DNA of 64,000 nucleotides from Mobula hypostoma (GCF_963921235.1 NC_086097.1:249056001-249120000); one strand, 5' to 3'. Counted from the stretch's first letter, positions 38,668-52,371 are shown. Notes: generated by a model from the sequence alone, not told the origin. A program made the numbers and translations.

Positions 38668-40606
38668 GTATTGCGCAAGATTTTATTCCTTTCCAATGGT
38701 ACAATTTTATCTGTATGTCGTGTGGAGAAGTAGTTTTAATGGCCATTGATCAAAGGCAAAGTCAAATTTATTATCGATGTACCTGTATGTCACCATTTAC
38801 TACCTTCAGATTCATTTTCTTGCAGGTGTCAAATAAACAAATACAATCGAATTTATGAAAACTATGCACAGAATATAGAGGGAGGTTGTGCTGACCTTTT
38901 AACCTACTCTAGGATCACTCAAGCCCTGCCCCCTACATAGCCCTCCATTTTTCTATCATCCATTTGCCTACCTAAGAGTTTCTTAAATTTCCCTCATTCA
39001 TCTGCCTCTACCATCACCCCTGACAAGGCTTCCATGCACCCACCACTCTCTGTGTGAAGTAACTTACCTCAGATATTCCCCCCCACATATAAACAAAGAC
39101 TGACAAACAGCCAGTGTGCACTGATTTGTGCAATATGAAAGTTGTTTATCATGTTATTTGTGGTATTGTAGAGCCTTAAAGAATCAAAAATAATTCCACT
39201 CTCCTCTGCATTGGAGGCAAAAATATCCCCAAATATCTCCCCTCCCCAGCTGATAAGCTGTCCGTGTTTGCCAGAACATTGCTGAGATGTTGCTGTCAGT
39301 CAAAATGAAGCCCATCCCTCAAATTGATTCATACGGATTGCAAAGATGGAAAGCAGCATCCATCATCTGGGACTGTCACCACCCAGGCCATGCTCTCTTC
39401 TCACTGTCATCGAGCAGAAAGTGCAGGAGGCTTAGACCACACACCACCAGGTTCAGCAACAGTTATTACCCTTCAAACATCAGGCTCCTGAACCAACATG
39501 GATAATTTCACTCGCCTCAACACTGAACTGATTCCACAATCACTTTCAAGGTCTCTACAACTCACGGTCTCAGTTTCATTTATTTATCTATTTTATTATT
39601 TGCACAATTTGTCTTCTTTTGCACGTTGGTTGTTTGTTTATCCTGATGAAGGGTCTCGGCCCGAAACGTTGACTGTTTACTCATTTCCATACATGCTGCC
39701 TGACCTGCTGAGTTCCTCCAGCATTTTGTGTGTGTTGCTTGGCTTTCCAGCGTCTGCAGATTTTCACGTGTTTGTGGCTGTTTGTCAGCCTTGCTTTGCA
39801 CGTAGTTTTTCACTGATTCTATCACATGATTTGTCTTCTTTTGCACATTGAATGTTTGTCAGACTTTGTTATTTATAGCTTTGCATAAATTCTATTATAT
39901 TCCTTTATTTTCCTGTAAGTGCCTGCAAGAAAATGAATGTCAAGGTGACATAGACATACCTTGATAATAAATTGACAGACTTCACTGGGGCTTGAATTTG
40001 GGACTGACTTTGATCTTGTGGAAGTACAAGTTAGTAAAATCACAGTGCCTGAACTGATTTGGTGATAGAGTCATATCTCATAGGCAGTGGCATCCACTAC
40101 TTCCACTGACAACTCGGTCCACACTCTTGCCACCCTCTGAGTGAAGAAGGTACCTCTCAGATTCTCCTTAAATATTCCTCCCTTCACCCTTAACCTATGA
40201 CCTCTAGTTCCGGTCTCACCCAACCAGAGGGGAAAAAGCCTGCAAACATTTACCCTTTCTTTTCTTCATTTTGAGCAATGTTAAATGACATGGGTGATCA
40301 TGATCTTTCCATGACCATGATTGTTCTTGGCAACTCTTTCTACAGAAGTTGTTTTCCATTGCCTCTTCTGGGCAGTGTCTTTACAACTTAGGTGACCCCA
40401 GCCATTATCAATACTCTTCAGAGATTGTCTGCCTGGCATCGGTGGTCGTATAACCAGGACTTGTGTTATGCACCGGCTGCTCATACGACCATCCACCCCC
40501 TGCTCCCATAACTTCAAGTGACCCTGATCAGGGGCTAAGCAGGTGCTACACCTTGCCCATGGGTGACCTACAGGCTAGCGGAGTGGAGTGCCTTACACCT
40601 CCTTGG

Positions 40607-41030
40607 GTCGTCATCTTGGCTACCCCTCATAGGTCGAAGATGATGGTCTTCATTCTGAAGAAGCGGCCCACAGAGCGAAGACGCCTGTGTGTGTATTTGT
40701 TTAATGTGTACTTGATGTTGCACTCCAAGAAGCACACGATACTTCACAAATCAACCAACTGATTCCAATGGTATGGAAACCACGACGATTGGAGCTGATG
40801 GGTTTGTTGCAGCCTTCATCCACCTTCACAGCCGTTGAGTTCAAAGTAACTTCATCCGCCTGTTCCACCGTTGAGGTCTTGGTTGGATTGTTCTTTGTCA
40901 GGGACCTCACCCTCGACCTTACCGCCATGGGTGACCCTACCAGGAGCATAGCTCCAGACGGCATCGTTCTCGGGATCACAGGACCACACAAGCTTCTCCA
41001 CCGCGACAAGGTGACAATCCAGGGAGAAGC
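40607..41030 (-). mobile_element. Short non-autonomous RTE derivative (RTE-like 5' head + 3' tail) nested in a SINE. A related head occurs at ~37490-37690(-)
   Basis: Minus strand begins gtcaccttgtcgcggtggagaagcttg...ctcctggtagggtcacccatggc, resembling Expander/BovB 5' UTRs (recalled). The host SINE resumes at ~41031. Confidence 0.7.
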
Positions 41031-43559
41031 CCTCTTTGTGTAGATGTGTATCTCCACCCTGCCACCCTAACCGTTTTTATACCCTTTATAATTTTGTATA
41101 CCTCTGTCAAATCTTCTTCCCTCATTCTCCTACACTCCAGGGAATCAAGTCCTAACCCATAACTCAGGCCTCCAAATTCTGGCAAAGTCTTTGTAATCCT
41201 TTCCTATCCATGTTCTACACCTGCCCATGTATCTTTTACTTGTTGTTAGTGTACCTGCCTTAACCACTTCCTCTGACAGCTGATTCCATTTACTGACCAC
41301 TTTCTTGGTGAAAAAGATGTCCCTCGGGTTCCTATCAAATCTCCCTCCTCTCACTCTGACATCTATTCCTTCTGGCCATGAGCCTGTGATGTCCAATTAT
41401 ACCCATGTGACCAGTCAACCTACAGACCCATACGTGGAGCAGACTCGATGGGCCAAATGGCCTAATTCTGCTCTTATGGTCTTGGACAGTGGGAGGAAAC
41501 TGGAGCACCTGGAAGAAATGCACGTGGTCACAAGGAGAACGTCCAAACACCGGCAGAAAGTGACCCTGGGTCACCGGGACAGTGATAACATCACCACCAC
41601 TCTGCCCCAGTATCTCCTCTCAGCCCTGGGGAAAAACGTTACAACCCAGTTGCAACGGTTTACTGACCTGCTTTAAGCAAGTAAAGGTCACTCTTTGTGT
41701 TAGCTGTAGAGCTGGCAGCTGTGTTTACAGCTTCAGATCCTGCTCAGTTACAGTACATCGCATCAACAAATCTAAAGCAAATTAATTTGAATTGCCCTGT
41801 CATTTTATACCTCTGCAGATGTTGTAGGGATTTATTCTACGTGGAACAATAAGGAAGGCAAATGCGATGTCAGCATTCATGTCAGGAGGACTAGGATATA
41901 AAGCAAGGATGTAATGCTGAGACTTTGTGAGGCATTGGCCAGACCACACTCGGAGTATTGAGAGTGGCTTGGGGCCTTTAATTAAGGAGAGATGGGCAGG
42001 TTCTGGAAAGGATCCAGAGGGGAGGTTCGCAACAATGATCCTGGGAATGAAAGGGTTAACGTATGAGGAGCGTTTGATGTCTCTGGCCTGTACTCACTCG
42101 AGTTTAAGAAAATGGTGGGTGGGGAATCTCATTAAAACCTATTGAATATTGAAAGCACTAGGTAGAGTGATTCCTTAAGGTTGTTACAGCCCCTGGTGGC
42201 AATGGGGGCAAGCTCCCCCTATATATGAATATATATCATATTTCATATGAAGAAAGACTGGATCGACTAGGCTTATACTCATTGGAATTTAGAAGATTGA
42301 GGGGGGGTCTGATTGAAATGTATAAAATCCTAAAGGGATTGGACAGGCTTGATGCAGGAAGATTGTTCCCGATGTTGGGGAAGTCCAGAATGAGGGGTCA
42401 CAGTTTGAGGATAAAGGGGAAGCCTTTTAGGACCGAGACGAGGAAAAACTTCTTCACACAGAGAGTGGTGAATCTGTGGAATTCTCTGCCACAGGAAACA
42501 GTTGAGGCCAGTTCATTGTCTATATTTAAGAGGGAGTTAGATATGGCCCTTGTGGCTAAAGGAATCAGGGGGTATGGAGAGAAGGCAGGTACAGGGTTCT
42601 GAGTTGGATGATCAGCCATAATCATACTGAATGGCGGTGCAGTCTCGAAGGGCCGAATGGCCTACTCCTGCACCTATTTTCTATGCTTCTATGTTTCTGT
42701 ATTACCTGCTCCCAATGGTGTGCACCTCAAATAGCCTCTGACAACCAAGTCCAGCTCCTGGACTACAAGTGTGGCTCATCTGCTAAGACTGTTTCTACTG
42801 ACAGGCGAAAGGGCAAAGGCAGTGAACCGGAGCCTTAAAACCAGTTGCTTCGGGCAGATGGGGCTCATCGGCCGTAGTTGGCAGCTCATCGAGGAGAAGG
42901 GAAACTCTGATCTCAAAACTCCGCCGCCTTGCATTTATCCCCGCTCATGGGGAAGGCAACAGGATTAAATCCAGAAGGAAAAATCCAGAGCTGGAGCCCC
43001 TAAGGCAGTCCTACAGCAAGTTCAACACTGACTGGCAACTCCTGCAACACCGCTGGTGCCAAACCGTATTGGTCGCTGCTTTTCTTTTGGGTTCATCGGG
43101 TGATTGGAGAGGGGGAGCCTGCCACATGGGCAACAGCTTGCTCTCCATATTGTACTGCCCTGCTCTGGGTATCTAGACAGCTCAGACGCAACATCCAGGG
43201 TCGACTGACTGACGGAGGCCTTCTACTAGATAGAGTGGATGTGGAAAAAATGTCTCCATTAGCTGGAGAGTCTAGAACCAGAGGGTACAGCCTTGGAATA
43301 GAAGGAACACCTCTAGAGATAAGGAGGAATATCTTCAGCCAGAGGGAGGTGAATTTGTGGAATTCGTTGTAGTGGAGGCCATGTCACTAGGTGTATTTAG
43401 ATCAGAGGTTGACAGGCTCTTGATTAATAGGGCCTTCAAAGCTTCTGGGGAGAAGGCAGGAGAACAGGGTTGAGGGGTTAATAAATCATGATGGAACGGT
43501 GGAGCAGACCCAATGGGCCGAAAGACCTAATTCTGTTCCCAAGCGTTACAGTCCTATAA

Positions 43560-44100
43560 GAAGGCTTCGGCGTGACAACGAGTTTGCAAAGAGGACGTGG
43601 AGAAAGATGTGTCATGGTCCAAGCCAGCCTGCTGTGCGATAGAGGACTCTCTGATCGCTGGGTTGTTCTCAGGGGCAAGCATCAGCCGCTGGGGAAAGAG
43701 CCCCTTCCAGCTGCCCGAAACCTACCGGTCCTCCAGCACAGCGAGTGTCCCTGCAGGAACGCTGCTGGTTGGCACACTCCAGGCTGCAGGAGTGCCTGCT
43801 GAGGGATGCACCAGAGCTCAGGCCGGCCATGGCGAGGGCTTAGTGGGGAAGGAGCACAGAATAGGGTTCATCTGTGAATGGAGAGGGAGGGGCCAGGTTG
43901 GGTGAGGAAGCCCCTCAACTACTGTAATAAGGTACCACCCCAGGGGTCCATGAGTGGCGATAGTCCTACTGGTTTTAAAAAATATAATCAAACACTACTG
44001 AACGTGTCATCTATGTATGTAAGAATGAAAAGGCATTGCATGGTTTATTCTTGTCTATAATTTTATTATGAGTAATGTTTATTTTATTCATATAAAAATA
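43560..44100 (+). mobile_element. Probable Tx1/L1-clade 3' fragment
   Basis: Degenerate ...LF.G..........CCRLAHSRLQE..LRD C-terminus and an A-rich tail. A similar tail occurs at ~38200-38290. Confidence 0.5.
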
Positions 44101-44200
44101 ATATTAGCATTCTGGAGAAAGGCTTAAAGCGAAGAGAACTGTCATTAAACTTCAATCATTTTGTTTATCAATGAATTTCACTTGAGGTTTCATTTTTTAG

Positions 44201-44229
44201 GTCCCTATTCACCATATATCAGCGTGAAG
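44201..44229 (+). CDS. COL15A1: Collagen XV micro-exon (GPYSPYISVK), 29 bp, phase 1-0
   Basis: ttttttag/gtaagt splice sites; restores phase 0 for the next exon. Confidence 0.85.
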
Positions 44230-44938
44230 GTAAGTCAAAAGCAAAATACCGCAGAATCTGGAAATCTGAAATGAAAGCAGCAAACACTGAAAATACACAG
44301 CAAGCTAGGTAACACTCACTGTGGCAAAGTTTGATATCACGTGTGGTTGTGGAGTCTAAGTCACTGGTATATATATTCATAGGGAGGTTGATATATTCTT
44401 GATTAGTGAGGGCATGAGGGTTTAAGGGAGAAGGCAGGAAATTGGGACTGAGAGGAAAAATGGATCAGCCATGATGAAATGGCAGAGCAGACTTGATGGG
44501 CCAAATGGCCTAATCCTGCTCCTATCATGGTCTCACATCGAAACACACAGTGAAATTTGTCGTTTGCATTAACAACCAACACAACAGAAGGATGTGCTGG
44601 GGTAAGCCCGCAAGAGCCACCACTCATTCCGGTGCAAATGTAGCATGTCCGCAGTTGTTCAGAACGTCACAAGCAAGAACGGAACAGCAGCAAACAACAA
44701 AAGAGGCCCCAACAAGTTGATGGCAGCAACAAGCAGAGATCATGTCCTGGGTGATGGGGGTCTCTGATGATGGATGCTGCTTTCCTGCAACAGCGTTTCA
44801 TGTTGATGTGCTCAGTGGTGGGGAGGGATGGACTGGACCATATCCATTACCTTGTGTAGGTCAAGCAGCATCAATGCGGGGGGAGGGAATAAATTTCCAG
44901 TAAATGAGTTAAATGTGTTCTTTTTCTTAACATTTAAG

Positions 44939-45067
44939 GGTGAAAAAGGAGACAGAGGAGCATTGGGTCAGAAAGGGGAGAAGGGAGAATCAGGTAGCAG
45001 CCTGTTCTTGCCTGGTATGCCAGGACCTCCAGGTCCCATGGGACCTCATGGGAGACCTGGGCCGGTG
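44939..45067 (+). CDS. COL15A1: Collagen XV exon (GEKGDRGALGQKGEKGESGSSLFLPGMPGPPGPMGPHGRPGPV), 129 bp
   Basis: tttaag/gtaagt splice sites; Gly-X-Y with an interruption. Confidence 0.93.
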
Positions 45068-46111
45068 GTAAGTACCCCTGAACCAAAACCTTAACATCAT
45101 GTTTGAAAGCTTAAGGGGACTGAAAATATGCCAAATGTTATATAGAACATAAAGCATGAAACAGGCCCTTCAGCCCACAATATGATGCCGACCTAATAAC
45201 CTACTCTTAAGATTAAAATAACCCTCGCTTCTACTTTGCCTGCCATTTTTCTATCATCCATGCGCGTATCTAAAAGCCTCTTAAATGTCCGTAATGTATC
45301 TGCCTCCATCACCAACCCAGCAGGGCGTTCCTGCACCCACCACTCTCTGTGTAAAGAACCTCTGACTTTCCCCCCAACACCATATCTCATGTCCCCTCAT
45401 GCTAGCCATTCCCACCCTAGAAAAAGTCTCTGGCTGTCCACTCTGTTTGTGCCTGTTACTATCCTGTACACCTCTATTATGTCACCTCCCATCTCCCTCA
45501 CTTCAAAGTTCAAAGTAAATTTATTCTCAGAGCACAGTACTGTACGAAAGTCGTAGGCACATGTATATAGCCAGCAAGCCTAAGACCATTGCACTGTACT
45601 GCTACCACAAAAAATCAAATTTCATGACATATGTGAGTGATGATAAACCTGATTCTGATATGGGTCTCTATTGTGGACTGAGAGTGGGAAGGGGACAGGG
45701 AGAGGGGAATCATGGTTGGGGAAAGGGGAAGGGAGAGGGGAGGGAACGGGAAGCACCAGAGAAACATTCTGTAATGGTCAATAAACCAATTGTTTGGAAT
45801 CAAATGACCTTGCCTGGTGTCTCAGGGCTGGGTGTGTCTTCACAAGCACCAAATCCCCGCCCCCCCCACCCCCACCGCTCCTGGCACTCGTCCTCTGCCA
45901 CCTTTCCCACACCCTCCCCCTACCGCGGCACTCCACCCTCACTATTCCCAACATCCTTTGCTCCTGCCAGATCTACAAATTCACTCTCCACTCCACATTT
46001 ACAAATTAGGCACCTTAGCTATATATATTGTATGTGCCTAAGACTTTTACACAGTACTCTACATATACGTCACCTTATACAACCCTGAGATTCATTTTCT
46101 TGCAGGCTTTC

Positions 46112-46527
46112 TGTAACGTTGAAACAGATTCACAGGTTTGGTGAGCGAAACAGAAAACACTGACTGTGAATAAGTATATTAGTCTGTTTTTTACAAACAG
46201 TAAAAAATTTGACCCAACATTTAAGTTCCCTCAAGTTACACAAACTATAAAACTAAATATTGAACAAACAGTGTGTGTGGAGCATACTTTCCCGATGCTT
46301 CCAAGCAGCTCGTCTTATACAACGGGGACAGAGAGAGAATCTCTCAGACTTGCTATTCTTTATACTCCCGAGGTGTTTGAAACTGGGCACTCTGTGCCAT
46401 GGCACACACGCCAACAACGGGAATTGCTGCTGCAGGTTTTATACATGACCAATCACGACCGATACAATGGAAGTGTCTTTCAACCAGCAAAATAAGCCAT
46501 GCCCCCCATCTCAGGGCACGTACTCAA
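46112..46527 (-). mobile_element. Probable solo LTR. A related copy at 50136-50898 is interrupted by a SINE
   Basis: Both copies share tgtaacgttgaa at one end. The second copy reads TGTGGC...gtataaaa...aataaa...CGTTACA on the minus strand. No TSD seen. Confidence 0.5.
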
Positions 46528-46885
46528 TAACTCCATAATCAAATAACAACAATAACAGAAAGAGCGTACCAACTTGGGCATTTGAAGGGAAAAGCACTAT
46601 CTAACTCAACCTATCCTAACCAACCATGCCTCTCATTTTATTTTACACCTGCGTGGATCTACCATTGCTCTGAGCAAAATTGAAAATTGAAAAATCCCGT
46701 ACTTCTATTTGATTTATTATTTTAAGAGTATAATAAAATACAGTATAACAAAGAAAATCTTCCACATTTTGTAAACTTTTTGAAGGAATTTGTTCTACAG
46801 ATTGTAAACCCTCCCCTCACACTCGGAAATGAAAATGCAAGGTCTCCTCCCCGTTAAACGTCTTCCGCTTCCTCCCTCCCTGTAG

Positions 46886-47030
46886 GGACCCAAGGGTGCA
46901 TCTGTGGTAGGGCCAATGGGACCGCCGGGAATACCAGGTCTGCCAGGTCCTCCAGGATATGGAATTGTGGGTCCGCCAGGACGCCCTGGACCTCCAGGAC
47001 CTCCAGGAATGCCGGGTGCTTTTGGATCAG
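46886..47030 (+). CDS. COL15A1: Collagen XV exon ([15 protein letters not shown]...GMPGAFGS), 145 bp, phase 0-1
   Basis: ctgtag/gtgagt splice sites. Resembles human GQKGETVVGPQGPPG. Confidence 0.94.
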
Positions 47031-47350
47031 GTGAGTCCAATCAAGTGAATCCATTGGAATTGAGTATTGCATGTTCCATCAAGCCTCGATGCACCAAAGA
47101 AATCACCCTCTAAAGACAAATCCAAGGAATGAAGTCCTTCAGTGCAGGCTCGAAGGGCCGAATGGCCTACTCCTGCTCCTATTTTCTATGTTTCTAACCT
47201 CTTCAGCCTTTCTCTATAACTCAAGTCCTGCCAGCACTCTTGTAAATTTACTCTGTACTCTTGCGATCTTATTGACATCTTTCCTGTAGGTAGGTGACCA
47301 GAACTCAATTCTCAAAAAAGTTCAAAGTAAATTTATTATCAAAATACATA

Positions 47351-48663
47351 CAGTGGCATGCAAAAGTTTGGGCACCCCCGGTCAAAATTTCTGTTACTGT
47401 GAATAGCTAAGCAAGTAAAAGATGAATTGATTTCCAAGAGGCATAAAGTTAAAGATGACACATTTCTTTAATATTTTAAGCAAGAATGCTTTTTTTATTT
47501 CCATCTTTTACAGTTTCAAAATAACAAAAAAGGAAAAGAGCTCGAAGCAAAAGTTTGGACACCCTGCGTGGTCAGTACTTAGTAACACCCCCTTTGGCAA
47601 GTATCACAGCTTGTGAACACTTTTTGTAGTCAGCTAAGAGTCTTTCAATTCTTGTTTGGGGGATTTTCGCCCATTCTTCCTTGCAAAAGACTTCTAGTTC
47701 TGTGAGATTCTTGGGCCGTCTTGCATGCACTGCTCTTTGGAGATCTATCCACAGATTCTTGATGATGTTTAGGTTGGGGGACTGTGAGGGCCATGACAAA
47801 ACCTTCAGCTTGTGCGTCTTGAGGGAGTCCATTGTGGATTTTGAGGTGTGTTTAGGATCATTATCCTGTTGTAGAAGCCATCCTCTTTTCATCTTCGGCT
47901 TTTTTACAGACGGTGTGATGTTTGCTTCCAGAATTTGCTATATGTAATTGAATTCATTCTTCCCTCTACCAGTGAAATGTTCCCCATGCCACTGGCTGCA
48001 ACACAAGCCCAGAGCATGATCGATCCACCCCCGTGCTTAACAGTTGGAGAGGTGTTCTTTTCATGAAATTCTGCACCCTTTTTCCTCCAAACATACCTTC
48101 GCTCATTGCGGCCAAAAAGTTCTATTCAAAAGGTTCAAAGGAACATCTAAACAAGCCTGATGCATTTTGGAAACAAGTCCTGTGGATTGATGAAGATAAA
48201 ATAGAATTTTAAGGTTTTGCCATGGCCCTCACAGTCCCCCGACCTAAACATCATCGAGAATTTGTGGATAGACCTCAAAAGAGCAGTGCATGCAAGATAG
48301 CCCAAGAATCTCACAGAACTAGAAGGCTTTTGCAAGGAAGAATGGGTGAAAATCCCCCAAACAAGAATTGAAAGATTCTTAGTTGGCTACAGAAAATGTT
48401 TACAAGCCGTGATACTTGTCAAAGAGAGTGTTACTAAGTACTGCCATGCAGGGTGCCCAAACATTTGCTTCGGGCCCTTTTCCTTTTTTGTTATTTTGAA
48501 ACTGTAAAAGATGGAAATAAAAAAGTTTTCTTGCTTAAGATATTAAAGAAATATGTCATCTTTAACTTTATGCCTTTTGGAAACCAGTTTATCTTTTACT
48601 TGCTTAGCTATTCACAGTAACAGAAATTTTGACCGGGGGTGCCCAAGCATTTGCATAGCACTG
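47351..48663. mobile_element. Tc1-family transposon derivative (IR/DR type), TA-flanked, with the transposase C-terminus in both orientations
   Basis: TA|cagtggcatgcaaaagtttgggcaccccc...gggggtgcccaagcatttgcatagcactg|TA. QQDNDPKH and WPSQSP.LNII.NLW motifs. Inner direct repeat caaaagtttggacaccc. Confidence 0.93.
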
Positions 48664-49609
48664 TATGTGCCACCAAACACAGCTCGGAGATTCATTTTCT
48701 TGTGGGCATACTCAGTAAATCCATAGAATAATAACCATAACAGAATCAATGAAAGATCACACCAAATTGGGCATTCACCAGTGTGCAAAAGACAACAAAC
48801 TATACAAATACAAAAAGAAATAAATAATAATAAATAAATAAACAATAAATATTGAGAATATGATATAAAGAGTCCTTGAAAGTGAGCCCATTGGTTGTGG
48901 GAACAGTTGGTGACGGGGCAAGTGAAGTTGAGTGAAGTTATCCCCTTTGGTTCAGGACCCTGATGGCTGAGGGGTAATAACTGTTCCTGAACTTGGTGGC
49001 ATGGGTCCTGAGGCTCCCGTACCTTCTCCCTGAGCAAGAATAGGGCATGTCCTGGGCGATGGGAGTCCCTGATGATGGATGCCGCTATCGTGTATTTCAT
49101 GTAGGTGTGCTCAGAGGTGGGGAAGGCTTTACCTGTGATGGACTAGGCCGTAGTCACTGTACTGCATAGAGTACTCCAAATTAAGCCTCATCAATGTTAT
49201 ATATAATTTTAACATAAAATCGCAACTCCTGTACTCAATACTTTGATTTATGGGAAGGCCAATATGCCAAATGCTCTCGTTACAACCCTATCTACCTGTG
49301 ACCTCACTTTCAAGGAATTATGGATCTATATCCCCAAATCCCTCTTTGCTACCACACTTGTCAGTGTCCCACCAGTCACTGTGTAAGTCCGACCCTGGTT
49401 TGTTTTTTCAAAGTGCAACTCCTCTCACCTGCGTTGCACAGGTTTTCGTAAATCGTCACAGCACGTTGCAGTTGGATTGGTGCATTCCCATGGACCGGAA
49501 GCTGAGCTGGAGAAACCACATGCACCACATGTCTACAAGAGCAGGCGGGAGTCGGGGAATCCTGTGGCCTGTCTTCCCTTTCTAGTGATGTAACCATTTT
49601 ACTTTCCAG

Positions 49610-49674
49610 CCTTCGCCCTCCCTGGACCCCCGGGACCTGCAGGACCACCAGGACAAGGAGGTAACGGTGGCGTG
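49610..49674 (+). CDS. COL15A1: Collagen XV last collagenous exon (AFALPGPPGPAGPPGQGGNGGV), 65 bp, phase 1-0
   Basis: ttccag/gtgagt splice sites. Resembles human [18 protein letters not shown]. Confidence 0.92.
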
Positions 49675-50225
49675 GTGAGTGAAACAGGGCGTGGCACGTG
49701 GGTGTACTGTAGAGGGAAGCAGATCCACTGAACATTCTCATTGAAAATGTACCCCCCCCACCCCCGAGAGAGCACAGCCATGTTTACCCAGTCTGTGCGT
49801 CAGCTGCCAAGCCTACCCGCTCTGAGTAACAACTCATCTCGGAATATTTCACCTGGCAAGACAGAGGATGTCATCAGACCTCGAGTGCTCTCTGACACGG
49901 TCGGTCTGTCTATTCTCCAGGCAATTTGGATAGGGGTTGAGAGGGTTTCTGTTGAGTATCACAGAGCAGGAATGGCAACAGAGCAACTGGGTCAAATGTT
50001 TGTACTGATTCATGTTATTAACGGTTCACACTTGGCAAATTACATTGTCGGAGCGATCAGCCAGTCCGCGGAGACAAGAGCATGCGTACTCGAAAGCCAG
50101 CACAAAAAAATAGAGGCTTTCCCACACTTAGGAGGTGTAACGTTGAATGAGGTTTGCGGATCTGGCAAGTGAGACAGGAAATGCACTGGCTTTGAATAGG
50201 TATATTAATCATTTATTTACAGACA

Positions 50226-50541
50226 TGTGAGCACGTGGCCAAGTGGTTAAGGCATTGGACTAGCTACCTGAAGATCGTGAGTTCGAGCCCCAGCCGAGGG
50301 AACGTGTTGTGTCCTTGAGCAAGGCACTTAATCACACATTGCTCTGCGACGACACCGGTGCCAGGCTGTATGGGTCCTAACGCCCTTCCCTTGGACAACA
50401 TCGGTGTCGTGGAGAGGGGAGACTTGCAGCATGGACAACTGCTGGTCTTCCATACAACCTTGCCCAGGCCTGCGCCCTGGAGAGTGAAGACTTTCCAGGC
50501 GCAGATCCATGGTCTCACAAGACTAACGGATGCCTTTTTTA
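50226..50541 (+). mobile_element. Young full-length tRNA-derived SINE with a CORE-like segment and an 11-bp TSD
   Basis: A box tggccaagtgg, B box gttcgagccc, and gtgtccttgagcaaggcacttaa. ATTTACAGACA at 50215-50225 and 50542-50552. Confidence 0.88.
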
Positions 50542-52092
50542 ATTTACAGACAGTAAAAATTCAAATGAACATTCATCTTCCCCGAGTTACAGACACCACA
50601 AAACTGAATTTTCAACAAACATACCTAGTTAAAAGTGTGTGCAGAGCATACCTTCCCAATGGTCATATACGTCCTTGCCTAAAACAAGGGAAGGAGAAAA
50701 TAAGCCCCTTCCACTTGCTATTTTATACCCCCAGGACATTTGAAAATGGAGTCAGCTATCCAATGGGAAAAGCAGATGCAGTTTCTAAACGAACCAACAG
50801 AAGCGGCTTTTGACCATCAGAATAAGGCACGTCCTCACAGGACAGGAGGCCAAATCAATTCATCACATAATCAATCGGCCTCAGGCACACTTGCCACATT
50901 CTCTCACTCAATCAATCCGATGTAGATCAGTTTCCTTAGGACAGACTGAGGGAGAGGGGCTGATTTCCCCTTAAGTACGGAAAGGTGGAAAAGAACACAG
51001 GGTTCTTGCTGAGAATTAGCAGAGTTTTGGATGGACTCAGTTTAACATGGTTAGAACTTCTATCCTCATCGCAAGTTCTGTGTGCTGATTTTTTTTTAAC
51101 TTGGAATTTTTTATTCACCTTTTTTATTTATAACTCTGCCAAATTAGAATCGGGTTTATTATCACTGACACATGCCTCCTTGAGGTATCACCTTTTGAAG
51201 GTGTCCTCGATGGTAGGGAAGCTGATGCCCATGAGGGAGCTGGCTGAGCTTACAATCCTCTCTGAAGTGGCAACTCCATCGCAAGCAGCCAGAAGTGTGT
51301 TGGAATTCCAGTCAGAGATCTCAGCAGAAGTTTGTTGTTTTGCAGCAGCAATGTATAAAAATGACTATAAGTTACAACATGAATATCAACGCAAAATAAA
51401 TAAAGTAGTGCAAAAAGAGAGTGAAGAATTGAAGTGGTGTTCATGGGTTCAGGGACTGTACTGAAATCGGATGGTGGAAGGAAGAGAAGCTGTTCCAAAA
51501 CTGTTGAGTGTCTCTCTTCAGGCTCCTGTAACTTAATGAGAAGAGGGCATGCCCTGGGCGATAGGGGTCCTCAGTGATGGATGCTGCCTTCGTGAGGCAT
51601 CGCGGGGGGCGGGGGGCATTGCGCAGGATTGCAAAAAGCTGCAGAAAGTTGTGAACTCAGCCAGCTCCATCGTGGGCACCAGCCTCCTCAGCATCCAGGA
51701 CACCTTCAGAAGGTGATGCTTCAAAAAGGCAGCTTCCATCATTAAGGACCCTCATCACCCGGGACATGCCCCCTTCTCGTTGCCACCATGAAGGAGGAGG
51801 TACAGGAGCCTGAAGACACACACTCAGTGATTAAGGAACAGCTTCTTCCCCTCTGCCATCAGATTTCTGAATGGACAATGAACCCATGAACACTACCTCA
51901 CTATTTTCCCCTCTTTTTCCCACTAGTTATTTAACTTATTTTTTGTTTTCTTATTGTAATTTACACTTTCTATTACTATGTGCAGCTGCCACAAAACAAC
52001 AAATTTCACGACATGTGCTGGTGATATTAAACCTGATTCCGGTTCCTCTCCATAGAATACTTTGGTGTAAAGTCTCATCCTGTTAACCTCAG

Positions 52093-52221
52093 GTAACGGT
52101 CTACAGGAACATGGAACTAATGCACAAGGCGACCTTCTCTGTGCCAGAAGGCACCCTGGGCTACGTTGCAGACAGGAATGACCTTTACATCCGAGTCTAC
52201 AAAGGCTGGAGAAAGCTCCAA
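52093..52221 (+). CDS. COL15A1: Multiplexin trimerisation-domain exon (VTVYRNMELMHKATFSVPEGTLGYVADRNDLYIRVYKGWRKLQ), 129 bp
   Basis: cctcag/gtaagt splice sites. EGT...LYIRV..GWRKLQ signature of the collagen XV/XVIII NC1 trimerisation domain. Confidence 0.95.
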
Positions 52222-52311
52222 GTAAGTTTCCAAATACGAGCGGTCATTCTACAGTTGACCATCGGATCAGAATTGTAAATAGCTCTCCCTTGCGACGTTT
52301 TGTTTTGCCAG

Positions 52312-52371
52312 CTTGGTGACTTGATTCCCGCTCCTGCCGATGACCCCTTTCAGGCAGCAAGCACTTACTCG
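52312..52371 (+). CDS. COL15A1: NC1 hinge exon (LGDLIPAPADDPFQAASTYS), 60 bp
   Basis: ttgccag/gtaagt splice sites. Resembles human COL15A1 LGELIPIPADSP. Confidence 0.92.

Noticed and set aside
50226..50300. tRNA gene
   Set aside because: A and B boxes are present, but the sequence continues into a SINE body with a tail and TSD. The same applies to the V-SINE heads.
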